Below are positions 17,431 through 26,746 of a DNA stretch of 64,000 bases, piece after piece. Under the pieces are notes generated by a model. The model was given only the letters and a program-made list of their open reading frames with translations, was not told where the DNA came from and ran no database searches. The first letter of the stretch is position 1. Each line of letters opens with the position of its first letter. Where the stretch lies: the NCBI GenBank assembly GCA_040757035.1, contig JBFLYM010000002.1, positions 4,300 to 68,299 of the forward strand, written 5' to 3'. The translations under genes were made by a program, and so were the position numbers. The stretch is from Candidatus Micrarchaeota archaeon (GTDB lineage: Archaea > Micrarchaeota > Micrarchaeia > Anstonellales > Bilamarchaeaceae).

Positions 17431-18197
17431 ATACTATGAAAGAAACTATTATTATAGAAAAATGTAAAATAAATCTTAGATCGCCGATTCTCCTTGTCGG
17501 ATTACCTGGTATTGGACTTATTGGGCAGGTGGTATGTAAATATGTGGCGCACAAAATGAATGGAAAAAAGATTGCGGATCTGTTTTCTCCACACTTTCCG
17601 CACCAGGTATTAATGACTAAAAAAGGTACAATTAGATCAATTAAGAACATGTTTTATCATGTTAAGATAAATAAATTAGATCTTGTTCTTCTTTTAGGGG
17701 ATGTACAGGCGATAACCCCAGAAGGACAATATGAAGTTGCAGGCAAGATAGTTGATTATGCGAAAACTATTGGAGTGAAAAATATTATTTGTATAGGTGG
17801 GTATAGCACAGGTAAGTTCAACGAAAATAGAAGGGTTTTTGGAGTGGTTACACACAGGCATCTTATTCCGAAATTCAAAAAGGTCAATGTTATTTTTGGC
17901 GAAGCAAGAGGCGCCATCTTAGGGGCTGCTGGTATTATACCTGCGATCGCAAAAATAAACGGAATGCACGCCGCGTGTATAATGGGTGAAACACACGGCG
18001 GATATGTCGATGCGATTTCGGCGCGCAATGTGATTAATGTTCTTGAAAAGCTTCTTAATTTCAGTATTGATCTTACTGATTTAGAGAAACAAGCTAAGGA
18101 AGGCGAAAAAATAATCAAAAAAATAGAAGATGAAATACAAAAACAGGTGATTGCGCCTTATGAAACAGAAAAAAAAGATATTTCTTATATTCGCTAA
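17427..18197 (+). CDS. PAC2-family proteasome assembly chaperone-like protein
   Basis: LLVGLPGIGLIGQV motif of the PAC2/DUF75 family. Start overlaps the Nop10 stop (ATGA), as in the conserved archaeal operon. Confidence 0.5.
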   Translation: MNTMKETIIIEKCKINLRSPILLVGLPGIGLIGQVVCKYVAHKMNGKKIADLFSPHFPHQVLMTKKGTIRSIKNMFYHVKINKLDLVLLLGDVQAITPEGQYEVAGKIVDYAKTIGVKNIICIGGYSTGKFNENRRVFGVVTHRHLIPKFKKVNVIFGEARGAILGAAGIIPAIAKINGMHAACIMGETHGGYVDAISARNVINVLEKLLNFSIDLTDLEKQAKEGEKIIKKIEDEIQKQVIAPYETEKKDISYIR

Positions 18198-18222
18198 ATA
18201 TTCGCTAACTTGAGGTGATAAT

Positions 18223-18444
18223 TTGAAAGGGCAACTCTCGGCGGAAATGATAATATTGATTGCGGTTATTCTTGCGGTAGTAGCGATAGTGGCTATTAGT
18301 ATGATAAAGTCTGCTGAAAAGGCGAGTAAAACATTTGAAAACCAAAGCGACACAATATTAGACCGCAGTGCTGATATTGTAAATAATCTTAGCGCTGAAA
18401 TTCCGCAAAACCAAAGCGCGGTTTCATTTGCAAAGATAGAATGA
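18223..18444 (+). CDS. type IV pilin-like protein (class III signal peptide)
   Basis: MKGQ|LSAEMIILIAVILAVVAIVAI. Confidence 0.6.
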   Translation: MKGQLSAEMIILIAVILAVVAIVAISMIKSAEKASKTFENQSDTILDRSADIVNNLSAEIPQNQSAVSFAKIE

Positions 18445-18839
18445 AAGATAAAATGAAGATGATCAGAGGTCAGCTCACTATAGAATATCTTTTTCTTGCA
18501 CTTATTTCGCTTTGTTTGATTACTATCTCATTAGGTGCGCTCATTAAATTGCAAGAAGCAGGCACACGTATTTTTCATTCCGGGGCGTTCAAATCCTCAG
18601 TACTTGATATTTATAATTCTGGTGAAGAATTATGTGCGATGGGTCCTGGAAATACTATGAAAATAAAAATAAAAGAAAACGTTTCTATTGCGCAAAACGA
18701 AACCAAAACAATATTTTCTAATCAAGACCTGAATATCTCAATTTCGCAAGATACGAATTGCAAATATCAAGATATAGATCTTTTGGCTAATTCAGAAATA
18801 ACAATAAAGAACGAGAATGGAGAGATAAGGATAGAATAA
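18441..18839 (+). CDS. type IV pilin-like protein (class III signal peptide)
   Basis: MIRGQ|LTIEYLFLALISLCLITISL. Translationally coupled to the preceding pilin gene. Confidence 0.6.
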   Translation: MKDKMKMIRGQLTIEYLFLALISLCLITISLGALIKLQEAGTRIFHSGAFKSSVLDIYNSGEELCAMGPGNTMKIKIKENVSIAQNETKTIFSNQDLNISISQDTNCKYQDIDLLANSEITIKNENGEIRIE

Positions 18840-19239
18840 AGTTACAAAAATAAGATTGATGAGGAGGTACGAAATGAAATTAGTTGAAATTAAGGATCTT
18901 TCTGTTGTTTTCGAAGAGCTTGAGCCAAAACAGGTGGCGTTCACGAACCCGAAATCGTTGTAAAAGCGCGCGCGTTTTGTAAAGTCAAGTTTGATGCTTC
19001 GGCTAAAGTCGGTAATATGAATGACTTGATAATCTGCCTTGAGGACTTGCTTAAACAAAGGGGCTAACATAGCCAAACCGAGATAAAAAACCGCCCGCTT
19101 GAGGTAAAGTGTGGTTGTTCTATTACAGAGATATATTTTTTGTTTATTTTTTATTCGTATTCGAACAAGTTGGCGGACAGCGAATCAATTAGGTATTGGT
19201 TGCGATATCTTATTAAACAATATTACGTAATATTAAAAA

Positions 19240-20994
19240 ATGAACGGGGCAGAACTTTTAACAAAAACGCTAATTGCGCATAATGTTAAGATAACATGGG
19301 GCATAACCGGAGGAGTGCTTATACCTTTATTTGACGCTATGCTTAACGAAAGCGACAACATAAAAAATATTCTTACAAGGCATGAACAAGGCGCAGTCCA
19401 TGCTGCTGAAGGATATTCACGCGCACTCGGAAAGCCAGGTGTGTGTATAGGAACGAGCGGTCCTGGAGCAACAAATTTAGTTACTGGAATAATGGACGCG
19501 TATATGGATTCTGTTCCGATAATCGCATTGGGCGGACAGGTTGCAACCCATCTTATAGGAAATGACGCGTTCCAAGAAACCGATATGTATGGAATAACTA
19601 TGCCGATAACCAAGCATAGTTTTGCGCTCCGCGATTCCGATAAAATTGGAATCACGCTGACAAAGGCATTCAAAATCGCAACAGAAGGGAGACCTGGTCC
19701 TGTTTATATAGATATGCCTATAGATGTACTAAAAAAAGAAGTTGGATCTCATCATGCTCATTACGCCCATCATATAAAACAAGCGTATATTGAAGGATTT
19801 CAGCCAACGCTAATACCAAATCACAGACAAGTCGTACGCGCAGCAGAACTCATACTCAAAGCAGAGCGGCCAGTTCTTATTGCAGGCGGAGGAGTTATAA
19901 TCGCAAATGCATCAAATGAACTTGCAGAACTCGCAACCCTATTATTTATTCCTGTTGTGACTACGCTCCAAGGTAAAGGTTGTTTTGACGAAAGACATCC
20001 GCTCGCTTTAGGAGTTATTGGCATGCATGGAAAAAAAGTCGCCAACTACGCACAAATAAACGCAGATGTAATTATAGCAATAGGTACAAGATTTTCTGAC
20101 AGAATTACCGGAAATCTTGCGAGTTATGCAGAACATGCGAAAGTTATACATGTGGATATTGATCCAGCAGAAATAGGCAAAAATGTAAAAGTTGAAGTAC
20201 CTATTGTTGGCGATGCAAAAAATACTCTTATTGCGTTGATACAGGTTATAAAAAAATTGATGAGAAAAAATGAAAAAAATGCGTGGAGCGAAAAATTAAT
20301 GCAGTTTAAAGAAATATGCGACAAGTGTATACTAATAGGTAAAATAGGCGGAAAGGAGGCTAATGTGCCTAATGTGCGGATTCATCCGCGGCAAATAATA
20401 GATGTGTTGAATTTCGTGCTTAAAGAAGATGATATCGTAACCACCGGAGTTGGGCAGCATCAAATGTTTGCAATGCATTTTCTTAAGCGTTCGCGGCCAA
20501 GAACGTTTATATCATCTGGCGGTTCTGGAACAATGGGTTTTGGACTTCCTTCTGCAATGGGTGCGAAGATTGCGATGCCGAATAAAAACGTAATTAATAT
20601 AGATGGCGATGGTTCGTTTCAGATGAACATTCAAGAACTTGGTACAATAAAAGAAAACAACATAAACATTACATCTATGATATTCAATAATTCGTACTTA
20701 GGAATGGTGCGCCAATGGCTTGAGATATTTTATGGAAAGAGATATGCGCAGGTAAATTTAGGTAAAAATATTCAATTCGCAAAAATAGCCGAAGCATATG
20801 GACTTAATGGCGAAGTTGTTGAGCGCTCTTCTGAATTAAATGAAAAAATAAAAAATGCGATTAAATCAGATGTTGCCACTGTGTTAGATGTGCGCATAGA
20901 GGAAGAATCAAACATCCTTCCAATGCTGCCGCCAGGAGGCAATCTCAAACAAATGTTCGGTCCCTGCATAAAAGGACCTGATCAGTGGTTTTGA
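19240..20994 (+). CDS. ilvB: acetolactate synthase, large (catalytic) subunit
   Basis: TPP-enzyme three-domain architecture with GTSGPGATNL, the FAD region and the C-terminal TPP motif GDGSFQMN. Confidence 0.9.
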   Translation: MNGAELLTKTLIAHNVKITWGITGGVLIPLFDAMLNESDNIKNILTRHEQGAVHAAEGYSRALGKPGVCIGTSGPGATNLVTGIMDAYMDSVPIIALGGQVATHLIGNDAFQETDMYGITMPITKHSFALRDSDKIGITLTKAFKIATEGRPGPVYIDMPIDVLKKEVGSHHAHYAHHIKQAYIEGFQPTLIPNHRQVVRAAELILKAERPVLIAGGGVIIANASNELAELATLLFIPVVTTLQGKGCFDERHPLALGVIGMHGKKVANYAQINADVIIAIGTRFSDRITGNLASYAEHAKVIHVDIDPAEIGKNVKVEVPIVGDAKNTLIALIQVIKKLMRKNEKNAWSEKLMQFKEICDKCILIGKIGGKEANVPNVRIHPRQIIDVLNFVLKEDDIVTTGVGQHQMFAMHFLKRSRPRTFISSGGSGTMGFGLPSAMGAKIAMPNKNVINIDGDGSFQMNIQELGTIKENNINITSMIFNNSYLGMVRQWLEIFYGKRYAQVNLGKNIQFAKIAEAYGLNGEVVERSSELNEKIKNAIKSDVATVLDVRIEEESNILPMLPPGGNLKQMFGPCIKGPDQWF

Positions 20995-21479
20995 TGGAGA
21001 AAAGGCATACTATTGCGATAACAGTGGAAGACCAGCCTGGCGTGCTAACGCGTATCGCAGGGCTTTTTTCGCGTAGAAGTTTTAATATAGACACTATCAC
21101 AGTAGGCAAAAGCGAAAGAGAAGGAATAAGTAAAATGATAATTAGTGTAATTGGCGATGACCACGATCTTGAACAAATTGAAAAACAAATAAACAAACTC
21201 ATAGACACAATAAAAGTAAGCGAAATGCCTGAGAAAAGTGCATTTATCGCTGAATTATGCATGATAAAGGTTGCGGTTTCGGACAAAAAAATTAAAGATG
21301 ATATATTTAGTTATGCGAGCGTATACAATGCAAAAATTGTTGGAATGACGAATAAAACTATGACCATGTACATAGTCGGCGAACCTGAAAATATTGAATC
21401 ATATATCAGGCTTATGAGTCAATTCGGAATAAAAGAGATAAGCAGAACAGGAATTACAGCGATTTCAAAGGATTGGTAA
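20985..21479 (+). CDS. ilvN: acetolactate synthase, small (regulatory) subunit
   Basis: ACT domain HTIAITVEDQPGVLTRIAGLFSRRSFNI. Overlaps ilvB. Confidence 0.85.
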   Translation: MVLMEKRHTIAITVEDQPGVLTRIAGLFSRRSFNIDTITVGKSEREGISKMIISVIGDDHDLEQIEKQINKLIDTIKVSEMPEKSAFIAELCMIKVAVSDKKIKDDIFSYASVYNAKIVGMTNKTMTMYIVGEPENIESYIRLMSQFGIKEISRTGITAISKDW

Positions 21480-21496
21480 TATACATATATGCGATC

Positions 21497-21516
21497 GATT
21501 TAGCGGCTCAGTAAAA
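21497..21516. repeat. 20-bp motif cgatttagcggctcagtaaa (left boundary of the two-ATPase block)
   Basis: Identical 20-mer at 24318-24337. A related 15-mer tcggcgctcagtaaa at 10036-10050 lies upstream of ATPase paralog 2. Confidence 0.7.
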
Positions 21517-21648
21517 AACAAAGGTTTTATGAAAAAAGCGAAGAAACTCGTTCGATTGTTACTACTATTGAGCAATAAAATTTCCAGCTATTATAAACTC
21601 GTATTTATAGAATTTGCGAAAAATCCATCATCCTAGAGGAACGAGGTG

Positions 21649-22899
21649 TTATCTCGACATCCACTTCCAAGCTGGTTCAATTACTATTCTTTTCTTATCT
21701 ATTTCTAATTTATCTTCTTGATCGAGCGTTATTATTATTCCTTCTTTCAAATTGTATCTATCTAATGCTTCCAAAAGCCCGCCCAGCTCCCGATCTTTAT
21801 TCTCATCTCCAACCTTAAAACAAACCTGCACTGCGAAAATTATCTTGTTGGCATCTTTGACCAGGAAATCGCATTCGCGCTTGCCTTTAAAATAATAAAT
21901 ATTTCTATATTTTTTTCTGAGATGCACATAAACAAGGTTTTCCAATAGTCTTCCCTTATCTTCAGATAGCGAAGTTGAGTTTATTCTTGATAATCCGTTG
22001 TCTATGGAGTATAATTTTTTTGGATTTACTAATTGTTTTCTCATTGAATAATCAAATCGAGGAACCGTAAACGCAAGATAACTATCTTCAAAAAACGAAA
22101 TGAAAGAAATAACACTATTGACCGAACCCAGTTCGAATATTTTCTTAAGAGAATTGTAGCTAAATTCCTTTCCAAAATTTGATAGAATGTACAGTGCCAT
22201 TTCATTTAAGGTTTTCAAATTCCTTATTTTGTGCCTTATAGATATATCTCTTGCGACAATATCGCCCAGCAAATGCCTGAGAACCTCGGGGTTTCGTTCT
22301 TTTAGATATTCCGGAAAGCCGCCGTTCCTTAGGTATTCCTCAAACGAATCCACGTCCGGATTCTGTTTCGTAAATTCTAAAAATTCAATATAAGAGAAGG
22401 GGTATAATTCATAAGTTAAGTGTCTGCCTGTCAAACGCGTTCCCAATTCTTTGCTTAGTAATGAAGCGTTGGAACCAGTTATAACAACATATTTTTTCTT
22501 TTCCAGGAGAGATCTTATATAGAGTTCCCATTTGTCCACGCTCTGTATCTCATCAAAAAAATAACAATTCTGTTCCCCTAATTCTTCTTTAAAAGCCTCA
22601 TCCAATCGCTGGAAGTCATTCAGTCCGAAACCAAATGCACGTGGGTCGTCGAAGTCGAAATAATAAAACGACTGATATTTCTTCATTAATTGGCGCATTA
22701 GTGTACTCTTGCCGCATCGTCTTATCCCAGAGATAATTATCGCAAAATTGGTAATTACTGGCATCTCTTTTAATTTTTCCCGTTCTACTCCATAATCCCG
22801 TTGTTTGAACTCTTTATTTTGGGATCGTACAATTTCCTTTAGAACATCCTTTAATATCATGGATGTAGTTTCTACATCTCTCTTTATAAATGTTTTCAT
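21649..22899 (-). CDS. AAA+ ATPase, COG1373 type (AAA_14 + DUF4143), paralog 3
   Basis: GIRRCGKST and FFDEIQ motifs. C-terminal RECDFLVKD. Ends PAWKWMSR. Confidence 0.75.
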   Translation of the reverse strand: MKTFIKRDVETTSMILKDVLKEIVRSQNKEFKQRDYGVEREKLKEMPVITNFAIIISGIRRCGKSTLMRQLMKKYQSFYYFDFDDPRAFGFGLNDFQRLDEAFKEELGEQNCYFFDEIQSVDKWELYIRSLLEKKKYVVITGSNASLLSKELGTRLTGRHLTYELYPFSYIEFLEFTKQNPDVDSFEEYLRNGGFPEYLKERNPEVLRHLLGDIVARDISIRHKIRNLKTLNEMALYILSNFGKEFSYNSLKKIFELGSVNSVISFISFFEDSYLAFTVPRFDYSMRKQLVNPKKLYSIDNGLSRINSTSLSEDKGRLLENLVYVHLRKKYRNIYYFKGKRECDFLVKDANKIIFAVQVCFKVGDENKDRELGGLLEALDRYNLKEGIIITLDQEDKLEIDKKRIVIEPAWKWMSR

Positions 22900-22953
22900 T
22901 GATAGTGCACACTATTGCTCATTGGCAATGAAATGGTGCTTACTTAATAATAT

Positions 22954-22995
22954 TCTTTTCCGATGCGATTAACCGCGCATGCAAATATTCCATTT
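22954..22995. repeat. 42-bp intergenic copy of an internal segment of the CN-hydrolase gene
   Basis: Exact 42/42 identity with 24514-24555 (minus strand encodes NGIFACAVNRIGKE). Together the two copies flank the ATPase gene 23020-24102 in direct orientation. Confidence 0.9.
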
Positions 22996-23019
22996 CATTG
23001 ATTATATTTATCTCTAGCG

Positions 23020-24102
23020 CTACAAACCCTGATCGCGTCTCACAGCCGAAAACTTCAAGGCTTCTTTTATAATTGGGTCTCCGAGATTGTATTTTCCCCC
23101 TTTTTCTTCTATGAACCCATATTCCTGCAGCTGATCAAGAAGATTGGAAAGCCTGCTATCTGGAATTGGTTGACCTGATTTCGCTATGATAAAATTTTTT
23201 ATTTCGTTCCATGAAAGCGGCTCTTGGCTGAGAGACGCCAATATAAACAGATAGCGCTCCTTTGCCGCGATTCTCATGTTTAGGAACTCCTTAAGTTCAG
23301 CCGCTATAATCTTTGAGCTGTCTTTTAGTGTTTTTGAAAGAGCAACTTCATGGAACAATTCCTGCCTATAAAAACCATAATAAGTAAGCCAGCCAATCAC
23401 ACCGTCAAGCTTATCAACCGCTGTTTCAATTTCATTTTCTCGAATATTTATTTTCAACTGAGCAAAACCGGTCCTTAAAAACGTGATAGAATCCTTGCGT
23501 TCCAGCCTCCTTAAATTTATCACTTTTTTTGGCCGCCCATACAGTAGGCTCCCGATCTCGGAGCCTATAAACTTGTCCAATATGCCTATTTCGGAACCGG
23601 CAAGTATGATTTTTATTCTTTTTAGTCTATCGTAGATGAAAGCCAAGAAACGGTCAAATCCTGAGGGTTTTAGAAGCTGAACTTCGTCAATAAAAAGGCA
23701 GAAAAAATCATTTCTATCCTCCATCATCTTATCAATTCTTTTTGCCAACTCGCTCAGGCCCTTTTCTTCCCTAAAGCTTAATTTTACATAAATATCCAGG
23801 CCTTCAAGATAGGATTTCGCTTTCTCGTACATGCTTATACTTCTTAGAAAATCGTAAAATGTCCTTCCAATATGTTCATAAACTGCTTTCCTCCCCTTCG
23901 CAATTTCCCTAGAATCGATAAAAAGCTTTGGATGTTTGATTTCGCTGTAAACTACATTCATTAAACTAGTCTTGCCTGTTCTTCGCAATCCGCGCAACAC
24001 TATGAGCCGCTGCTGTTCGAGTACCCTTTCTATTTCCGCACATTCCTTATCGAAACCGAACAAATCTTTTCTGCTCGTCTTTGGTGTGATGTCAAAGTAC
24101 AT
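23020..24102 (-). CDS. archaeal ATPase (Arch_ATPase/COG1672-like, with C-terminal wHTH)
   Basis: LRGLRRTGKTSL Walker A and LFIDEVQ Walker B. Architecture differs from the COG1373 paralogs. Confidence 0.65.
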   Translation of the reverse strand: MYFDITPKTSRKDLFGFDKECAEIERVLEQQRLIVLRGLRRTGKTSLMNVVYSEIKHPKLFIDSREIAKGRKAVYEHIGRTFYDFLRSISMYEKAKSYLEGLDIYVKLSFREEKGLSELAKRIDKMMEDRNDFFCLFIDEVQLLKPSGFDRFLAFIYDRLKRIKIILAGSEIGILDKFIGSEIGSLLYGRPKKVINLRRLERKDSITFLRTGFAQLKINIRENEIETAVDKLDGVIGWLTYYGFYRQELFHEVALSKTLKDSSKIIAAELKEFLNMRIAAKERYLFILASLSQEPLSWNEIKNFIIAKSGQPIPDSRLSNLLDQLQEYGFIEEKGGKYNLGDPIIKEALKFSAVRRDQGL

Positions 24103-24317
24103 GAAGAACGTTTAAGTGGAAAGGCTTTTAATACTAACGGGGCGTTAGTTACTAACGGGACGTTAGTAATTGTATGCTAATTATATGAAACTAAATCGAA
24201 AGGCATACCTTTTGAGATAGATACAACTACTGTAGATCAAATGACCGTAATGGCAGAGCCAATAAACCAAAAATATATCGATGAAGTGCTCAAGATTTCT
24301 CAAATTTCTGGATTTAG

Positions 24318-24337
24318 CTCGATTTAGCGGCTCAGTA
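24318..24337. repeat. 20-bp motif cgatttagcggctcagtaaa (right boundary of the two-ATPase block)
   Basis: See 21497-21516. Preceded by a local tandem gctaaatc x2. Confidence 0.7.
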
Positions 24338-25205
24338 AATGAGTATAACATTCAGATCTGCGATTATTGAGGAATTGCCAGCCGTTTCTTATTTTTTTAC
24401 ACATGGTTAAATCAACAACCGCAATAGAAGTGGTTTCGTTTCTACCAGCGCGCTTTATTATTTTGCCAAACGCATCGCATACGAACGAACCACCCCAAAA
24501 AGTTATTCTATCTTCTTTTCCGATGCGATTAACCGCGCATGCAAATATTCCATTTGCAATACAATGTCCGCGCATTACATTTTCCCACGCGCTTTTCCAA
24601 TTACCTTCGGTTTGTTTTATTCCTTTTATCGTACCTATTGCGGTGGGATAAAATATGATGTCCGCTTTCATAAGCGCGCTTATTCTTGCGGCTTCTGGAA
24701 ACCATTGGTCATAGCATATAAGTACGCCAATATTTCCATAATTTGTTTTGAACACTTTGAATTCTTCTCCGGGCGCAAAATAGTCCTTTTCCCAATAGCA
24801 TTCATCATATGGGATGTGAACTTTGCGGTATTTTCCTATTATGTTTCCGTTCTGGTCAAAAATTATAGAAGTGTTATATATTCTTTCGCCCGCTTTTTCG
24901 CATACCGAACCGCCTACGAGTATTATATTGTTATCACGCGCCGCTTTCGCAAGCGCATCTATAATTCTTTCAAAATTATCAGTGTATTCCGCGGTATATT
25001 TCGCGCGCTCATTTGTTTTTTTATATTGTGCGAAATATTTTGAAGCGAAAAGTTCAGGGAGACAAACAATGTTTGCGCCTTTTTTTGAGGCCATTGCGAT
25101 TTGTTTTACAGTACGCGCCAAATTTTCAGTAACGCTGTTGGACATACGCATTTGTATTAACCCTATCTTTGTCTTTCTTTTAGTTAACTCTAAGCGTTTG
25201 ATCAT
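24324..25205 (-). CDS. aguB: carbon-nitrogen hydrolase (N-carbamoylputrescine amidase-like)
   Basis: E-K-C triad context with PELF, RKVHIP and GVLICYDQWFPE. ORF opens at 25277 but the start is probably MIKRLELTK at 25205. Confidence 0.7.
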   Translation of the reverse strand: MIKRLELTKRKTKIGLIQMRMSNSVTENLARTVKQIAMASKKGANIVCLPELFASKYFAQYKKTNERAKYTAEYTDNFERIIDALAKAARDNNIILVGGSVCEKAGERIYNTSIIFDQNGNIIGKYRKVHIPYDECYWEKDYFAPGEEFKVFKTNYGNIGVLICYDQWFPEAARISALMKADIIFYPTAIGTIKGIKQTEGNWKSAWENVMRGHCIANGIFACAVNRIGKEDRITFWGGSFVCDAFGKIIKRAGRNETTSIAVVDLTMCKKIRNGWQFLNNRRSECYTHLLSR

Positions 25206-25380
25206 ACAAATCCGCATATTTTCTCTTAAGCTCCTCAAAAAATTATTTTCATAATAGTTTATAAGGCTTCCGCACATTCCCTTCCATTCCTTGCTGTAGT
25301 GAGCAACCCTATCCTCTTTTAAGATAGGATTATTTTTCTACTCCTTATCTGTTCTATAATGATTCTCAGTTTATCATTAC

Positions 25381-26562
25381 CTACTGAATTATTCCGAATG
25401 CCCTAAGGAAATCTAATGCAGCACTCTTTCCTGCTTCCCATGCAAGCGGGAGTTTCTCAAAATCAGTGAGTCCAATGTCCCATATACCTCTACCTATTTG
25501 GCAATGAATTGTGTTGAAAGGAAGCGATCTCATCATGGTTGTATCCATCTGTCCACGGGTAGCGATGTTAGTTTGCATAGAAAGTGCATTTCTTATCCTA
25601 TTCCACCAAGCGTGGAGATCGATTTCACGGTGACCTGGGAAAGCAGTACAAAGATCTATGACAATGTCGTTTGGCATCATATTAGCAAGTAATATGCCTA
25701 ATGGATAGTTGTACATATATCCGCCATCAAAAAGAGCGCCGCGTTCTGTAGCTTGTACGGGATACAATGAAACTATTCCATCTCCTTCTCTAATTGCCTG
25801 AAATGTTTCGCCGTGCGGACATCTCAAATTCTCAAATATTGGTAAGGACATTGATGCGTAAAGCGCCTCATATATTTTGAATCGTGGACTATACTCTGAA
25901 GAAAGAACAATTTTTTCAAAACTAGATACCTCATCATCGCGCATTGAATTCATAAGGGTCGCCATTATATACAGACCCGGAATATCTTCCATTGTTTTAT
26001 TTCCGTATTTTTGATCAAGTATTTCATCTATAAACATCATTATTTTATCGCCCTTGAGGGGAGGAAAAAAAAACTCTTTAAAATTTAGATCCCACATTAG
26101 AGCGCGCAGCAATTTCGCATTAAATACTTCCTTTACAACATCAAAATCGCATCCCATCTTGATTAACAACCCTGCAAGCGCGCCGCCAGAAGTACCAGCT
26201 ATATTTGTTATTGGAATGTTATGTTCATACAGAGTATTTACGAGTGCGAGAAATGCAAAAAATTTTATCCCAGCGCCACTCAATGCCAAATGGATGTTTA
26301 CTTTATCCAGATCAACGTTATTGTCAAGTTGCGTGGCATCTCCTAAGTAGAATATGTCTCCGCCAGTAATTAACTCTCTATGCCCGTTGAATTCGTTACG
26401 TGGTAAATTATGGTTTTTGAACACATCATAAAACTCTTTAATATTGGCGGTTTTCGCGAGCCGATCGGGTGCTTCAGAATATCTATTAGACACTGCATTA
26501 TTCCCTATTTCTTTTGCTGCACGCCGTATAATTTTATCTGGAAAAAGTACTGGGTATAACAT
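25381..26562 (-). CDS. patatin-like phospholipase
   Basis: LSGAGIKF oxyanion motif and GTSGG (GxSxG) nucleophile elbow. Confidence 0.65.
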   Translation of the reverse strand: MLYPVLFPDKIIRRAAKEIGNNAVSNRYSEAPDRLAKTANIKEFYDVFKNHNLPRNEFNGHRELITGGDIFYLGDATQLDNNVDLDKVNIHLALSGAGIKFFAFLALVNTLYEHNIPITNIAGTSGGALAGLLIKMGCDFDVVKEVFNAKLLRALMWDLNFKEFFFPPLKGDKIMMFIDEILDQKYGNKTMEDIPGLYIMATLMNSMRDDEVSSFEKIVLSSEYSPRFKIYEALYASMSLPIFENLRCPHGETFQAIREGDGIVSLYPVQATERGALFDGGYMYNYPLGILLANMMPNDIVIDLCTAFPGHREIDLHAWWNRIRNALSMQTNIATRGQMDTTMMRSLPFNTIHCQIGRGIWDIGLTDFEKLPLAWEAGKSAALDFLRAFGIIQ

Positions 26563-26746
26563 ACTAGATACCTTGTGTTATTGACACTATGTGATGAACA
26601 AGATAAATGGCACATATTCTCACTATAGCGAACATAATATCCCGCAAAATATAACGCACATAAAGAATTTAAATCTTTGTGTGTATTTATGTATATATAC
26701 ACATACATATTCTTATAAAATGAAAAATTGATGATGTGATAGATAT

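Noticed and set aside
18874-18963. ilv attenuation leader peptide
   Set aside because: The 29-codon ORF has no run of Ile/Val/Leu codons, and attenuation of this type is not an archaeal mechanism.
18850-19235. RNase P RNA or SRP RNA upstream of ilvB
   Set aside because: The conserved RNase P CR-I/CR-V motifs (GGAAAGUCCGGGC, ACAGAA..GGCUUA) and the SRP helix-8 motifs are absent. Only a vague 'aaagtcgg' resemblance.
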